From Escherichia phage pEC-M719-6WT.2: a stretch of DNA of 64,000 nt. A model generated the notes under the pieces. That model saw nothing but the letters and a program-made list of their open reading frames with translations. It was not told the DNA's origin and made no database searches. Shown piece by piece: positions 1-9,327 of the stretch (the stretch's first letter is position 1; each line of letters opens with the position of its first letter). The stretch lies in sequence record OQ845958.1; one strand, given 5' to 3'. A program made the position numbers and the translations under genes.

Positions 1-1590
1 TCTCGTTTCTGTTGCCGTACGTTCATTGAGTTTTTTCGGAGAAATAATTACATCATCAACAAATGCAAAATCACTGTTCTGATTTACTTGGGCAGTCGTT
101 GCGATTCTGGCAATGCCTCGTTGGTTCTCTTTAGCAACACGGTTGGCTAAAGTCTGAGGGGTAATTGCGAGTTCTTTTTCTGGGTTATTTTCATGGTCAA
201 CGTTTGCCTGAGTCTGGTTTGCCAGAGCAATAACACCAAGACGTGCACGCGTGGAATCATTTAATGAGTCAACTCGTTCGACAGTCGGGACGTTCTGAGC
301 GACAACCCAATAACTTGTTCCAGACACTGTATCTTCTGCATATGATAATTCAATAACCGGAGTATAACTGATGTTGCCATTAAAGGTCAATGAATCAACC
401 AGCACCCAAGTTGTATCTGGTGGATACTCGGAACGTTTAGGGAATTGCAGCAATTTAATGTCAGATGCAATCTTATCGCCAACAGCAGCTCTTATATTAA
501 CAGTCTGTGATTTACGGAGATAGTTCAATGCAATTTTAACAATGTCGCCTTGCAAAACATTAGTTGGTAAATCGATATTAATCGTTGCCGGAGTTGAGTT
601 ATCTTCGCCAAATACAATGACACTTTCGTTTGGTAAAAGTTTAACGCTATCGCGAATAACGCGAAGACGAGTTTTAAAATCACCGTCCCAAACATACCAG
701 AGTTTTTCGGCAGCATTATAAACGAAGAAACCATCACCTGTAGTACGGAATTCCATTTGATGCTGGCCAGCTTTACCAAGACTGGAACTGGTGTCAAAGG
801 TTTCAACCATCAGGTGGAACGTTGGCCCCATGCCATCGATATCAACAGATTTGACAATATCACCCTGGTTTGCATACTTAGGAAGAATGAAAGTAATCGG
901 TGCACCAGTTGTATAACGACGCATAATAAAGTCGCCAGCTTGTGCATGGAAACGTCCGGTCGACGGTTCTACTCTGATACCACGTTCTTCGTTACCTGCT
1001 TCCCAAAATTGCCATAAGCGGTTTGAAAAGATAAGCATGTTATAAGAGAATGGTTTGGTAATTAAAACTTCTGAATACTGATTACCAAAGCGAACAATCT
1101 TTTGGTTACCTTGGCCAGGCACGTTGCTTGACTGGATTTTAATTTCATTATAACCGGTATTACCGCCGATATCTTTAATAACGATGGTATCACCATCAGT
1201 CGGGTTCGGAGGCAATGTAAATGTGGTAAAGCTTGCAGCTGAGTCGACTGCGATAAATTCCCCGGAGCTAAGCTGACGAGTTGGAGATGCAACAGTTTCC
1301 CATTTAGGGTCAGTACGAGTTGCTAACCAATACTGAGGGGTAAATGCTCCAGCTGGTGCCGGAATATCACGTTGAGCAACCCAAATACGGTTATCATTAA
1401 TAACTGCAAAGTTCTTTTTGTATCCGCGTGTTGCATCATATTGTTGAACTGTGTTTTCTTCTATAAAGAAACCTACGTTAACGCCGTCTGATAAAACTGA
1501 GTAATCAGCTTTTGCGACATTAATGACTTTCTCACCAGCAGCATCGAGACCGGATGTTGCTCTGAATGCTGGTTTTAAAATATCGGCCAT
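1..1590 (-). CDS. 34: long tail fiber proximal subunit gp34, N-terminal part (3' end beyond window)
   Basis: Minus-strand frame open from window edge to ATG at 1588-1590; translation (e.g. VERVDSLNDSTRARLGVIALA) matches T4 gp34 N-terminus from memory; late promoter just upstream. Confidence 0.85.
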   Translation of the reverse strand, partial: MADILKPAFRATSGLDAAGEKVINVAKADYSVLSDGVNVGFFIEENTVQQYDATRGYKKNFAVINDNRIWVAQRDIPAPAGAFTPQYWLATRTDPKWETVASPTRQLSSGEFIAVDSAASFTTFTLPPNPTDGDTIVIKDIGGNTGYNEIKIQSSNVPGQGNQKIVRFGNQYSEVLITKPFSYNMLIFSNRLWQFWEAGNEERGIRVEPSTGRFHAQAGDFIMRRYTTGAPITFILPKYANQGDIVKSVDIDGMGPTFHLMVETFDTSSSLGKAGQHQMEFRTTGDGFFVYNAAEKLWYVWDGDFKTRLRVIRDSVKLLPNESVIVFGEDNSTPATINIDLPTNVLQGDIVKIALNYLRKSQTVNIRAAVGDKIASDIKLLQFPKRSEYPPDTTWVLVDSLTFNGNISYTPVIELSYAEDTVSGTSYWVVAQNVPTVERVDSLNDSTRARLGVIALANQTQANVDHENNPEKELAITPQTLANRVAKENQRGIARIATTAQVNQNSDFAFVDDVIISPKKLNERTATETR

Positions 1591-1622
1591 GTGCTTTATC
1601 CTTATTGATTTGGTATATGTGT

Positions 1623-1630
1623 ATTTATAT
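1623..1630 (-). promoter_or_regulatory. late promoter (TATAAATA on minus strand) for gene 34
   Basis: Forward TATTTATA = minus TATAAATA about 30 nt upstream of the gene 34 ATG, followed by AAGGA ribosome-binding site. Confidence 0.6.
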
Positions 1631-1660
1631 TGCTTTAAAATTTTTATGCTAATATAATCG
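1631..1660 (+). promoter_or_regulatory. candidate MotA-type middle promoter for rnh
   Basis: TGCTTTAA (MotA-box-like), about 12 nt spacer, then TATAAT; AGAGG ribosome-binding site before the 1687 ATG. Confidence 0.4.
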
Positions 1661-1686
1661 AGTCAACTAATTGAACAGAGGTTCAT

Positions 1687-2631
1687 ATGAATTTAGATTT
1701 TTTACTCCCTGAAGAAGACCGTCAAAAAGATGGTTTTCTGTTACTCGATTTTAGCCAGCTTATCATGGCAGCAGCCTTCCAGGAATTCGGCAAAGACGCA
1801 GGCTTTCCGAAAGTAACAACTGCAATGACCAGACATCTGGTTCTGAACTCTATCAGAAAAAACATTGTACAGTTTAAAAAGCTCGGTTATACAGTCCCAA
1901 TTATTTGTGTTGATAATTCGAAGAATGGTTATTGGCGACGCACGAAATCTTATTATTATAAGAAAAACCGTGCAAAAGCTCGTGAAGAGTCACAATTTGA
2001 TTGGGAAGGCCTACATGCTGCCATGCACATTATCATTGATGAAATGGAAAAACATATGCCTTACATCGTGATGAATATGGATAAAATTGAGGCTGACGAC
2101 CATATTGCAGTATTAACGAAGTTGCTCACTGGTCTCGGGCATCCGGTTATGATTGTTTCTTCGGATGGCGACTTTACCCAGTTACATAAATTCCCTGGGG
2201 TAAAACAATGGTCACCGATGCAGAAAAAATATGTCAAAACTAAATCAGGCGATGCTCTTATGGATTGCGTGACAAAGGTTGTTAAAGGTGACAAAAAAGA
2301 TAACGTGTCAAGCATCAAGGTTCGTGGTGATTTTTATTACACTCGTGAAGAAGGTGAACGCACTCCACCGACCCGCTCTGCTGAGCTTGAACAAATTGCA
2401 CTCAACTATTACGACCATGACGTTTTGAAAACGCTTTTAACAGAAGAGCAATATAATAGATTCTGTGAAAACCAATTGTTGATTGATATGGACTTTATCC
2501 CAACGGAAATATCTGCTTCAATCTTAGAACGATATAATAACTACGTTATCCCAGCCAAAAGTAAAGTTTATCCTTACTTTGTTAAGTCTGGTCTGTCTAA
2601 ACTAACTGCAAACATTGCTGAATTTTATTAA
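1687..2631 (+). CDS. rnh: RNase H (5'-3' exonuclease/flap endonuclease)
   Basis: 314 aa; motifs GYWRRxxxYYYKKNRxKAREES and SSDGDFTQLHK match T4 RNase H from memory; synteny 34-rnh-dsbA-33-59-32. Confidence 0.9.
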   Translation: MNLDFLLPEEDRQKDGFLLLDFSQLIMAAAFQEFGKDAGFPKVTTAMTRHLVLNSIRKNIVQFKKLGYTVPIICVDNSKNGYWRRTKSYYYKKNRAKAREESQFDWEGLHAAMHIIIDEMEKHMPYIVMNMDKIEADDHIAVLTKLLTGLGHPVMIVSSDGDFTQLHKFPGVKQWSPMQKKYVKTKSGDALMDCVTKVVKGDKKDNVSSIKVRGDFYYTREEGERTPPTRSAELEQIALNYYDHDVLKTLLTEEQYNRFCENQLLIDMDFIPTEISASILERYNNYVIPAKSKVYPYFVKSGLSKLTANIAEFY

Positions 2632-2639
2632 GGTATATT

Positions 2640-2909
2640 ATGAAAGAGAAAAAAGTGAAAGTTGAATTTTGTCCTGATACTCATGGTGCTGAACTGGCCA
2701 AGCTGATTAAAGCTGCTTCCGATACCAAATTAAAAATGGAAGCATATGCAGACGAAATTAAAGACCTTAAAGATAAGGCAAAAACTGAATTAGGCGTTGA
2801 CGGTAAGATGTTCAATACACAGCTCGGCCTGTATCATAAAGGCACTCGTGAACGTTTTGAAGATGAAAAAACCGAAGCTGTGGAGCTCTATGATGTCCTC
2901 TTTAGTTAA
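2640..2909 (+). CDS. dsbA: dsDNA-binding late-transcription protein DsbA
   Basis: 89 aa, same length and position as T4 dsbA (between rnh and 33); basic/acidic small protein. Confidence 0.6.
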   Translation: MKEKKVKVEFCPDTHGAELAKLIKAASDTKLKMEAYADEIKDLKDKAKTELGVDGKMFNTQLGLYHKGTRERFEDEKTEAVELYDVLFS

Positions 2910-3183
2910 TTTTGATACACAGAAAACTGAATCGCCTTCCGGGGCGATTAGTAAGCAGCAAAACGGGCTTGATATTGAAGCCATGGTTGAGTCAACTGAA
3001 ATGTCTTATCTGGAAGCTGCGACTGCCTGGTTGGAAGAACGTGGAATTCCTGAAGGCAATTTTGCACGATACATTCCTGCGGGAATCATTGATAAGATTA
3101 TGAATGAAGCATATGATGATAACCTGCTTCGCCCAAGTATGTCTCGTACACAGAAAACTAATACGCTGGACTTTTTGTTATGA
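2890..3183 (+). CDS. 33: late-transcription accessory protein gp33 (start taken at internal ATG; ORF-track frame begins 2797)
   Basis: Position between dsbA and 59 as in T4; N-terminal extension in the ORF track overlaps dsbA and is probably not translated. Confidence 0.55.
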   Translation: MMSSLVNFDTQKTESPSGAISKQQNGLDIEAMVESTEMSYLEAATAWLEERGIPEGNFARYIPAGIIDKIMNEAYDDNLLRPSMSRTQKTNTLDFLL

Positions 3184-3848
3184 TTACGATTCGCATGCCT
3201 CCAAATAACAACCGATACATAAATGGTAAATCAGTATATCAACTGTACTTATCCATCAAACAGCATTTTTCGGGTCGTTATGATATTATCAAATATAACT
3301 GGACCATGCGAATCTCCGATAGTGCTTATCAAAAACGTCGCGATAAGTATTTTTTCGAAAAGCTTAGTGATAAGTACACTCTCAAAGAATTAACGTTAAT
3401 ATTCATGTCAAACCTGGTCGCGAACCAGGATGCATGGATAGGTGATATAAGCGATGCTGATGCTCTGATATTTTATCGAGAATACATTGGCAGACTTAAA
3501 AGAATTAAACAAGTATACGAAGATGATATAAAGAATATCTATTACTTCAGTAAGAAAGTCGAAGTCAAATCGCTTCAAGAGATTTTCGAGTATAATACTA
3601 AAGTAAACACAAGTTATATTTTCAAACTTCTCCAATCGAATGTTATCTCATTTGAAACGTTTTGTTTGCTTGATTCATTTTTAGATATTATAAATAAACA
3701 TGATGAGCAGACTAACGACTTGGTTTGGGAAAAGTATTCAACCAAACTAAATGCATATAAGAAAATCTTAAATATAGATTCTCTTGAAGCTCGTAAATTG
3801 TTCATCGAGACCGTTAAAAACTGTCAAATAACGCTTCAAGCACTTTGA
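3180..3848 (+). CDS. 59: helicase loader gp59
   Basis: 222 aa; strong similarity to T4 gp59 from memory (YNWxMRxSDxAYQKRRDKYFFxKLS, LVANQDAWIGDISDADAL). Confidence 0.9.
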   Translation: MITIRMPPNNNRYINGKSVYQLYLSIKQHFSGRYDIIKYNWTMRISDSAYQKRRDKYFFEKLSDKYTLKELTLIFMSNLVANQDAWIGDISDADALIFYREYIGRLKRIKQVYEDDIKNIYYFSKKVEVKSLQEIFEYNTKVNTSYIFKLLQSNVISFETFCLLDSFLDIINKHDEQTNDLVWEKYSTKLNAYKKILNIDSLEARKLFIETVKNCQITLQAL

Positions 3849-3908
3849 AGTATAATTAATACGTAATCAAAACAACTGCTAAAAATCAAATAATCTAAGG
3901 AAAATCAT

Positions 3909-4820
3909 ATGTCTATGTTTAAACGTAAAAACCCTGCTGACCTGGCTGCTTCCCTTAACGCTCTGAAAGGTGGTTCCGGTTTCTCTTCTGACGATAAAAA
4001 AGAATGGAAACTGAAAGATACTGATGGCGTCGGCTCTGCGGTTATTCGTTTCCTGCCTTCCAAAAATGAAGAAAATCCATCTCCGTTCATCAAGCTCGTT
4101 AACCACGGCTTTAAAAATGGCGGTCAATGGTATATTGAAAACTGTACTTCTACTCACGGCGACTATGAAAACTGTCCTGTGTGTGCGTACATGAATAAGA
4201 ATGACCTGTACAATACAAACGAATCCGAATATCGTAAACTGAAGCGTAATACTTCTTACTGGGCTAACATCCTGGTCATTAAAGACCCTGCTGTTCCGTC
4301 TAACGAAGGCCAAGTATTCAAATATCGCTTCGGCAAGAAAATCATGGACAAAATTAACCAGATGGTTGAAGTCGATGTTGACATGGGCGAAACAGCTATT
4401 GATGTAACTTGTCCTTTTGAAGGTGCAAACTTTGTACTGAAATCTAAACTGGTTTCCGGTTATAAAAACTACGATGATTCCAAATTCATGAACCAGTCTG
4501 AAATCGCTGGTATCAATGATGAAGCATTCCAGAAAAAACTTTGGGACGAAATGTCTGACCTGAATGAATTGCTGGTGTTTAAATCCCTTGAAGAGAATCA
4601 GAAGAAATTCTCTAAAGTAATGGGTACGGCTGCTCTTGGCGGTGCTGCTTCTAAAGCCGCTGCACAAGCTGATAAACTGGGCGCTGACCTGGACGATTTC
4701 GATAAAGATATGGAAGACTTCACTTCCAGCAAACCTGCTAAGTCTGAACGCACTGCGACTGCTCCAAGCACTCCAGAGCCTTCCGATGATGGTCTTGACG
4801 ACCTTCTGGCTGGCCTTTAA
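3909..4820 (+). CDS. 32: single-stranded DNA-binding protein gp32
   Basis: 303 aa; FLPSKN, LVNHGFK, YWANILV and acidic C-terminus match T4 gp32 from memory. Confidence 0.97.
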   Translation: MSMFKRKNPADLAASLNALKGGSGFSSDDKKEWKLKDTDGVGSAVIRFLPSKNEENPSPFIKLVNHGFKNGGQWYIENCTSTHGDYENCPVCAYMNKNDLYNTNESEYRKLKRNTSYWANILVIKDPAVPSNEGQVFKYRFGKKIMDKINQMVEVDVDMGETAIDVTCPFEGANFVLKSKLVSGYKNYDDSKFMNQSEIAGINDEAFQKKLWDEMSDLNELLVFKSLEENQKKFSKVMGTAALGGAASKAAAQADKLGADLDDFDKDMEDFTSSKPAKSERTATAPSTPEPSDDGLDDLLAGL

Positions 4821-4824
4821 TATA

Positions 4825-4853
4825 AGGGGACCTTCGGGTCCCTTTTTTATTTT
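4825..4853 (+). terminator. intrinsic terminator (GGGACC-UUCG-GGUCCC hairpin + U-tract)
   Basis: ggggaccttcgggtccc followed by ttttttatttt immediately after the gene 32 stop. Confidence 0.7.
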
Positions 4854-4859
4854 CAAAAA

Positions 4860-4895
4860 GTAGTGTACAAGTCCTTTGAGCTAAGGCATAATGAT
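4860..4895 (+). promoter_or_regulatory. sigma70-like early promoter cassette (-35 GTGTACAA, -10 CATAAT)
   Basis: tagtgtacaa, 17 nt spacer, cataat; the same cassette recurs upstream of several small ORFs (6335, 14378, 15925, 22154, 46373). Confidence 0.5.
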
Positions 4896-4930
4896 TCCAT
4901 CAACTACTGATAACAACTGAGGAAATAAAA

Positions 4931-5293
4931 ATGGAAATCGGCAAAAAATATGAGTTCAATCCACATCGTATTAAATCTTTCATTGATATTAGTTCATCGA
5001 ATGCTAGTATGGTCGACATCATCCAAGAAAATGGCGGTTGGTTTGAAGTTAAATCAATATCAAGTGCAGACGGCTATGATTATGTAACCGAAATAATTTG
5101 TGCTAATGGTGCAATCTATAATGATGATGGCATGGGTGATGATTATTTTGAACTTAGTGAAGAAGAGTTTTATTGCTTCCGAGAATACTCCAATTATGCA
5201 AAAACACCTTCAGGGGCGGTTTCTATTAATTGTGTTGTGGATGCTAATAACGTCGACCAAATCATTGAACTTCTACAAAAAGCTTTCAAATAA
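4931..5293 (+). CDS. hypothetical early protein (paralog-family member)
   Basis: 120 aa with GAGGAAATAAAA ribosome-binding site; shares GK(K/F)Y...F(I/V)(D/A) and DYFEL...EF motifs with ORFs 5642-6073 and 18508-19050. Confidence 0.55.
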   Translation: MEIGKKYEFNPHRIKSFIDISSSNASMVDIIQENGGWFEVKSISSADGYDYVTEIICANGAIYNDDGMGDDYFELSEEEFYCFREYSNYAKTPSGAVSINCVVDANNVDQIIELLQKAFK

Positions 5294-5355
5294 CAGTTTA
5301 CAACAGGTCTATGGTTGAGATATTATAGACCTATCAACTACATGAGGAAAATAAA

Positions 5356-5583
5356 ATGGCTAAGGTTAATATTGATATCGTTGATTTTGAATACACTTAC
5401 GAAGTTATTCGTAATCGTTATCCTTCTTTGAGTATGACTTACATTAAAGATACTGTATTCTTTGGTATTCAAATTGAAGTCCAAGGTCCTCTTGAAGACA
5501 TTACCCGCTTTATGCAAAATGAATATTGTGATGGTATGTACCCCGAAGACACTAAATTTTATATGAATTTGATTGAAGCTTAG
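5356..5583 (+). CDS. hypothetical protein
   Basis: 75-aa ORF preceded by GAGGAAAATAAA ribosome-binding site. Confidence 0.45.
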   Translation: MAKVNIDIVDFEYTYEVIRNRYPSLSMTYIKDTVFFGIQIEVQGPLEDITRFMQNEYCDGMYPEDTKFYMNLIEA

Positions 5584-5641
5584 TATACAAACCAATGGGA
5601 ACATGCTAATATGTTCCCTCAACCAAAATGAGGAAATTAAA

Positions 5642-6073
5642 ATGGAAACTGGTAAATTTTACGTATTAGACCCCGCTGCCAAAAAACAATTCATCGCTGA
5701 TAGTCCTGATGACAATTCGTGCATGGTCAGGTTGATGGAACAACATGGCAATTCCTTCAAAGTCCTGGATATGTGTTATATTGAAGGTGATTATTTTGTT
5801 GAAAAAGTTGAAATGAAAGATGGCACCATCCTGAATAGTATGGGTGGTGCTGATGAGTACTTTGAACTCGCTGGATGGGAATTCTGTCACTTCCTGGAAG
5901 TTGATGGCGATGCACCTGTTGATACCCAAACCATTCATGTGCAGGTAAATCACAAAAATGCGGCAGAAGTTGATGGCGATGCACCTGTTGATACCCAAAC
6001 CATTCATGTGCAGGTAAATCATAAAAATGCCGCAGAAGTCATTGCACTGATTAAAGCAACTTTTGGGGTCTAA
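5642..6073 (+). CDS. hypothetical protein carrying an internal 23-aa tandem duplication (ORF-track frame starts 5573)
   Basis: Internal ATG with GAGGAAA ribosome-binding site; contains EVDGDAPVDTQTIHVQVNHKNAA twice in tandem. Confidence 0.55.
   Translation: METGKFYVLDPAAKKQFIADSPDDNSCMVRLMEQHGNSFKVLDMCYIEGDYFVEKVEMKDGTILNSMGGADEYFELAGWEFCHFLEVDGDAPVDTQTIHVQVNHKNAAEVDGDAPVDTQTIHVQVNHKNAAEVIALIKATFGV
5897..6034 (+). repeat. 69-bp in-frame tandem duplication (2 copies, about 2 mismatches)
   Basis: gaagttgatggcgatgcacctgttgatacccaaaccattcatgtgcaggtaaatca(c/t)aaaaatgc(g/c)gca repeated head-to-tail. Confidence 0.9.
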
Positions 6074-6329
6074 TATGACTAAAGATGATTTCCTGGATGC
6101 AGTGGAAAAAGCCAGTGAACAATTTGAAGTGATGGGTGTGCGTTTGCATAAAGACAGAAATTATGGTCTGGATGTTCAAACCTACTCATTATGGCTTGTG
6201 GGTGAGCACAGCCTTGCAACCAATCTTGTTATGGGTGTAGATACATATCCTTTATTAGTTAAGTTCAGAAGTATGGAAAAAGCCACTAAGGAAATGATTA
6301 AACTTGGCAAATGGCTTGATAAAATTTAA
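6063..6329 (+). CDS. hypothetical protein
   Basis: 88-aa ORF overlapping the previous stop; coding-like composition. Confidence 0.45.
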   Translation: MGSNMTKDDFLDAVEKASEQFEVMGVRLHKDRNYGLDVQTYSLWLVGEHSLATNLVMGVDTYPLLVKFRSMEKATKEMIKLGKWLDKI

Positions 6330-6334
6330 AAAGT

Positions 6335-6368
6335 AGTGTACAACCAAATGGGGCTATGACATAATGGT
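6335..6368 (+). promoter_or_regulatory. early promoter cassette (GTGTACAA ... CATAAT)
   Basis: aaagtagtgtacaa ... cataatggtcccatactgag; near-identical to the cassettes at 4860 and 15925. Confidence 0.5.
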
Positions 6369-6404
6369 CCCATACTGAGCTACCAAATAAAACTGGAGAA
6401 TAAA

Positions 6405-6644
6405 ATGAAATTACAACGTGAAAGCATCAAAGATTCAGAAGTTAAAGGCAAATGGTACTTTACAATCCAGGGTAACAATCCAGAAGCTCTGGAAAAAGCT
6501 GAAGAAACTTTATGCGCGATGGGTTGGAAAGATGAGTGCGATGGTTGTCCTCTTTATGAAGATGGTAGCTCATCTGGTTTCTGGATTCATCACTCTGACG
6601 TTGACCAATTTAAAGCTGACTGGAAAGTTGCCAAGAAAGCGTGA
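6405..6644 (+). CDS. hypothetical protein
   Basis: 79-aa ORF with GGAGAATAAA ribosome-binding site downstream of early promoter cassette. Confidence 0.5.
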   Translation: MKLQRESIKDSEVKGKWYFTIQGNNPEALEKAEETLCAMGWKDECDGCPLYEDGSSSGFWIHHSDVDQFKADWKVAKKA

Positions 6645-6654
6645 GGAAAATATA

Positions 6655-8430
<1,776 letters not shown>

Positions 8431-8431
<1 letters not shown>

Positions 8432-8628
8432 TGAATATTCGTATAGTAAACAATAGATACGGCACCAATGAGGTGCTGTTTGAAAAAATGAATATAAGTC
8501 TCGATGAACTGCCTAAAGAGAAAACAACGATTTTTGTCCAAAACAAAGAACTTTATGTTATGCGTGTGATTAAATCGTATGAATATGATGATTTCAATCG
8601 GTCTATCTGGTTTATTGTCGAGGTCTAA
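8431..8628 (+). CDS. hypothetical protein
   Basis: 65-aa ORF overlapping td stop (ATGA-type junction). Confidence 0.4.
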
Positions 8629-8689
8629 TGAAAATTCAAATTGCTGGCCTTTTATTTCTGGCCATAATGGTCGGGCTTAACTTCCTACT

Positions 8690-8989
8690 ATGAAAGCCTG
8701 TCGGGTTGTTAACAAATATCAATCCGACTTTGATGTGAATATTCAACGGGGTACCATGTGGGGAAACCCATACAAAGATGGTACCCGAGAAGAAAACATA
8801 AAGAACTTTAAAGAATATTTCATAGCAAAGATTAAATCGGGCGAAATCAAAAGAGAACACCTTGAAACCCTTCGCGGAATGCGATTAGCTTGTACATGCA
8901 AACCAAAAGCATGTCATGGGGATATCATCGCTCTGGTCGTTAACAAACTTTTCAAAGACACCTTTTCGCTCGAGGATTTGGGCGCATAA
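8690..8989 (+). CDS. hypothetical protein, possibly DUF4326-like
   Basis: 99 aa; WGNPY ... ACTCKPKACHGD pattern resembles the DUF4326 family as I recall it; not verifiable here. Confidence 0.45.
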   Translation: MKACRVVNKYQSDFDVNIQRGTMWGNPYKDGTREENIKNFKEYFIAKIKSGEIKREHLETLRGMRLACTCKPKACHGDIIALVVNKLFKDTFSLEDLGA

Positions 8990-9048
8990 ATACGATTCCG
9001 CTTCAGGGCGCTGTGATATAATTATTTAAAATTTAATGAGAGGAAATT

Positions 9049-9294
9049 ATGAATTTACGATTTAAACGCCAGTCAGGCGAAGTCATTTTTGAAATGCCAC
9101 AATTTACCGAACAGGATTTACCTGCACCAAATTCTTATATCACTATTGACGGAATCAAATTTCTGGCCAAACGACATGAACGTGTCTACTGTCATGATTC
9201 AGCCGGTGACGTCCAGTCATATTTTGACATCACTGTCCAGTCAGAAGAAGAATATAATGATGAAATGACTTCGGAACTACCAGAGACAATTTAA
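9049..9294 (+). CDS. hypothetical protein
   Basis: 81-aa ORF with GAGAGGAAATT ribosome-binding site. Confidence 0.45.
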   Translation: MNLRFKRQSGEVIFEMPQFTEQDLPAPNSYITIDGIKFLAKRHERVYCHDSAGDVQSYFDITVQSEEEYNDEMTSELPETI

Positions 9295-9327
9295 GGTTCC
9301 CAACCCTTTTGAACTATAGAGGAAAAC

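Noticed and set aside
2797-2889. Long gp33 reading frame starting at 2797
   Set aside because: It would overlap dsbA by over 100 nt; the conserved gp33 sequence begins near the ATG at 2890.
3879-4856. 325-aa ORF antisense to gene 32
   Set aside because: Fully embedded antisense to a highly conserved gene with no ribosome-binding site; typical spurious antisense frame.
5897-6034. Tandem repeat as a possible CRISPR array or satellite
   Set aside because: Only two copies, no spacers, and the repeat is in-frame inside a coding ORF; it is a coding tandem duplication.
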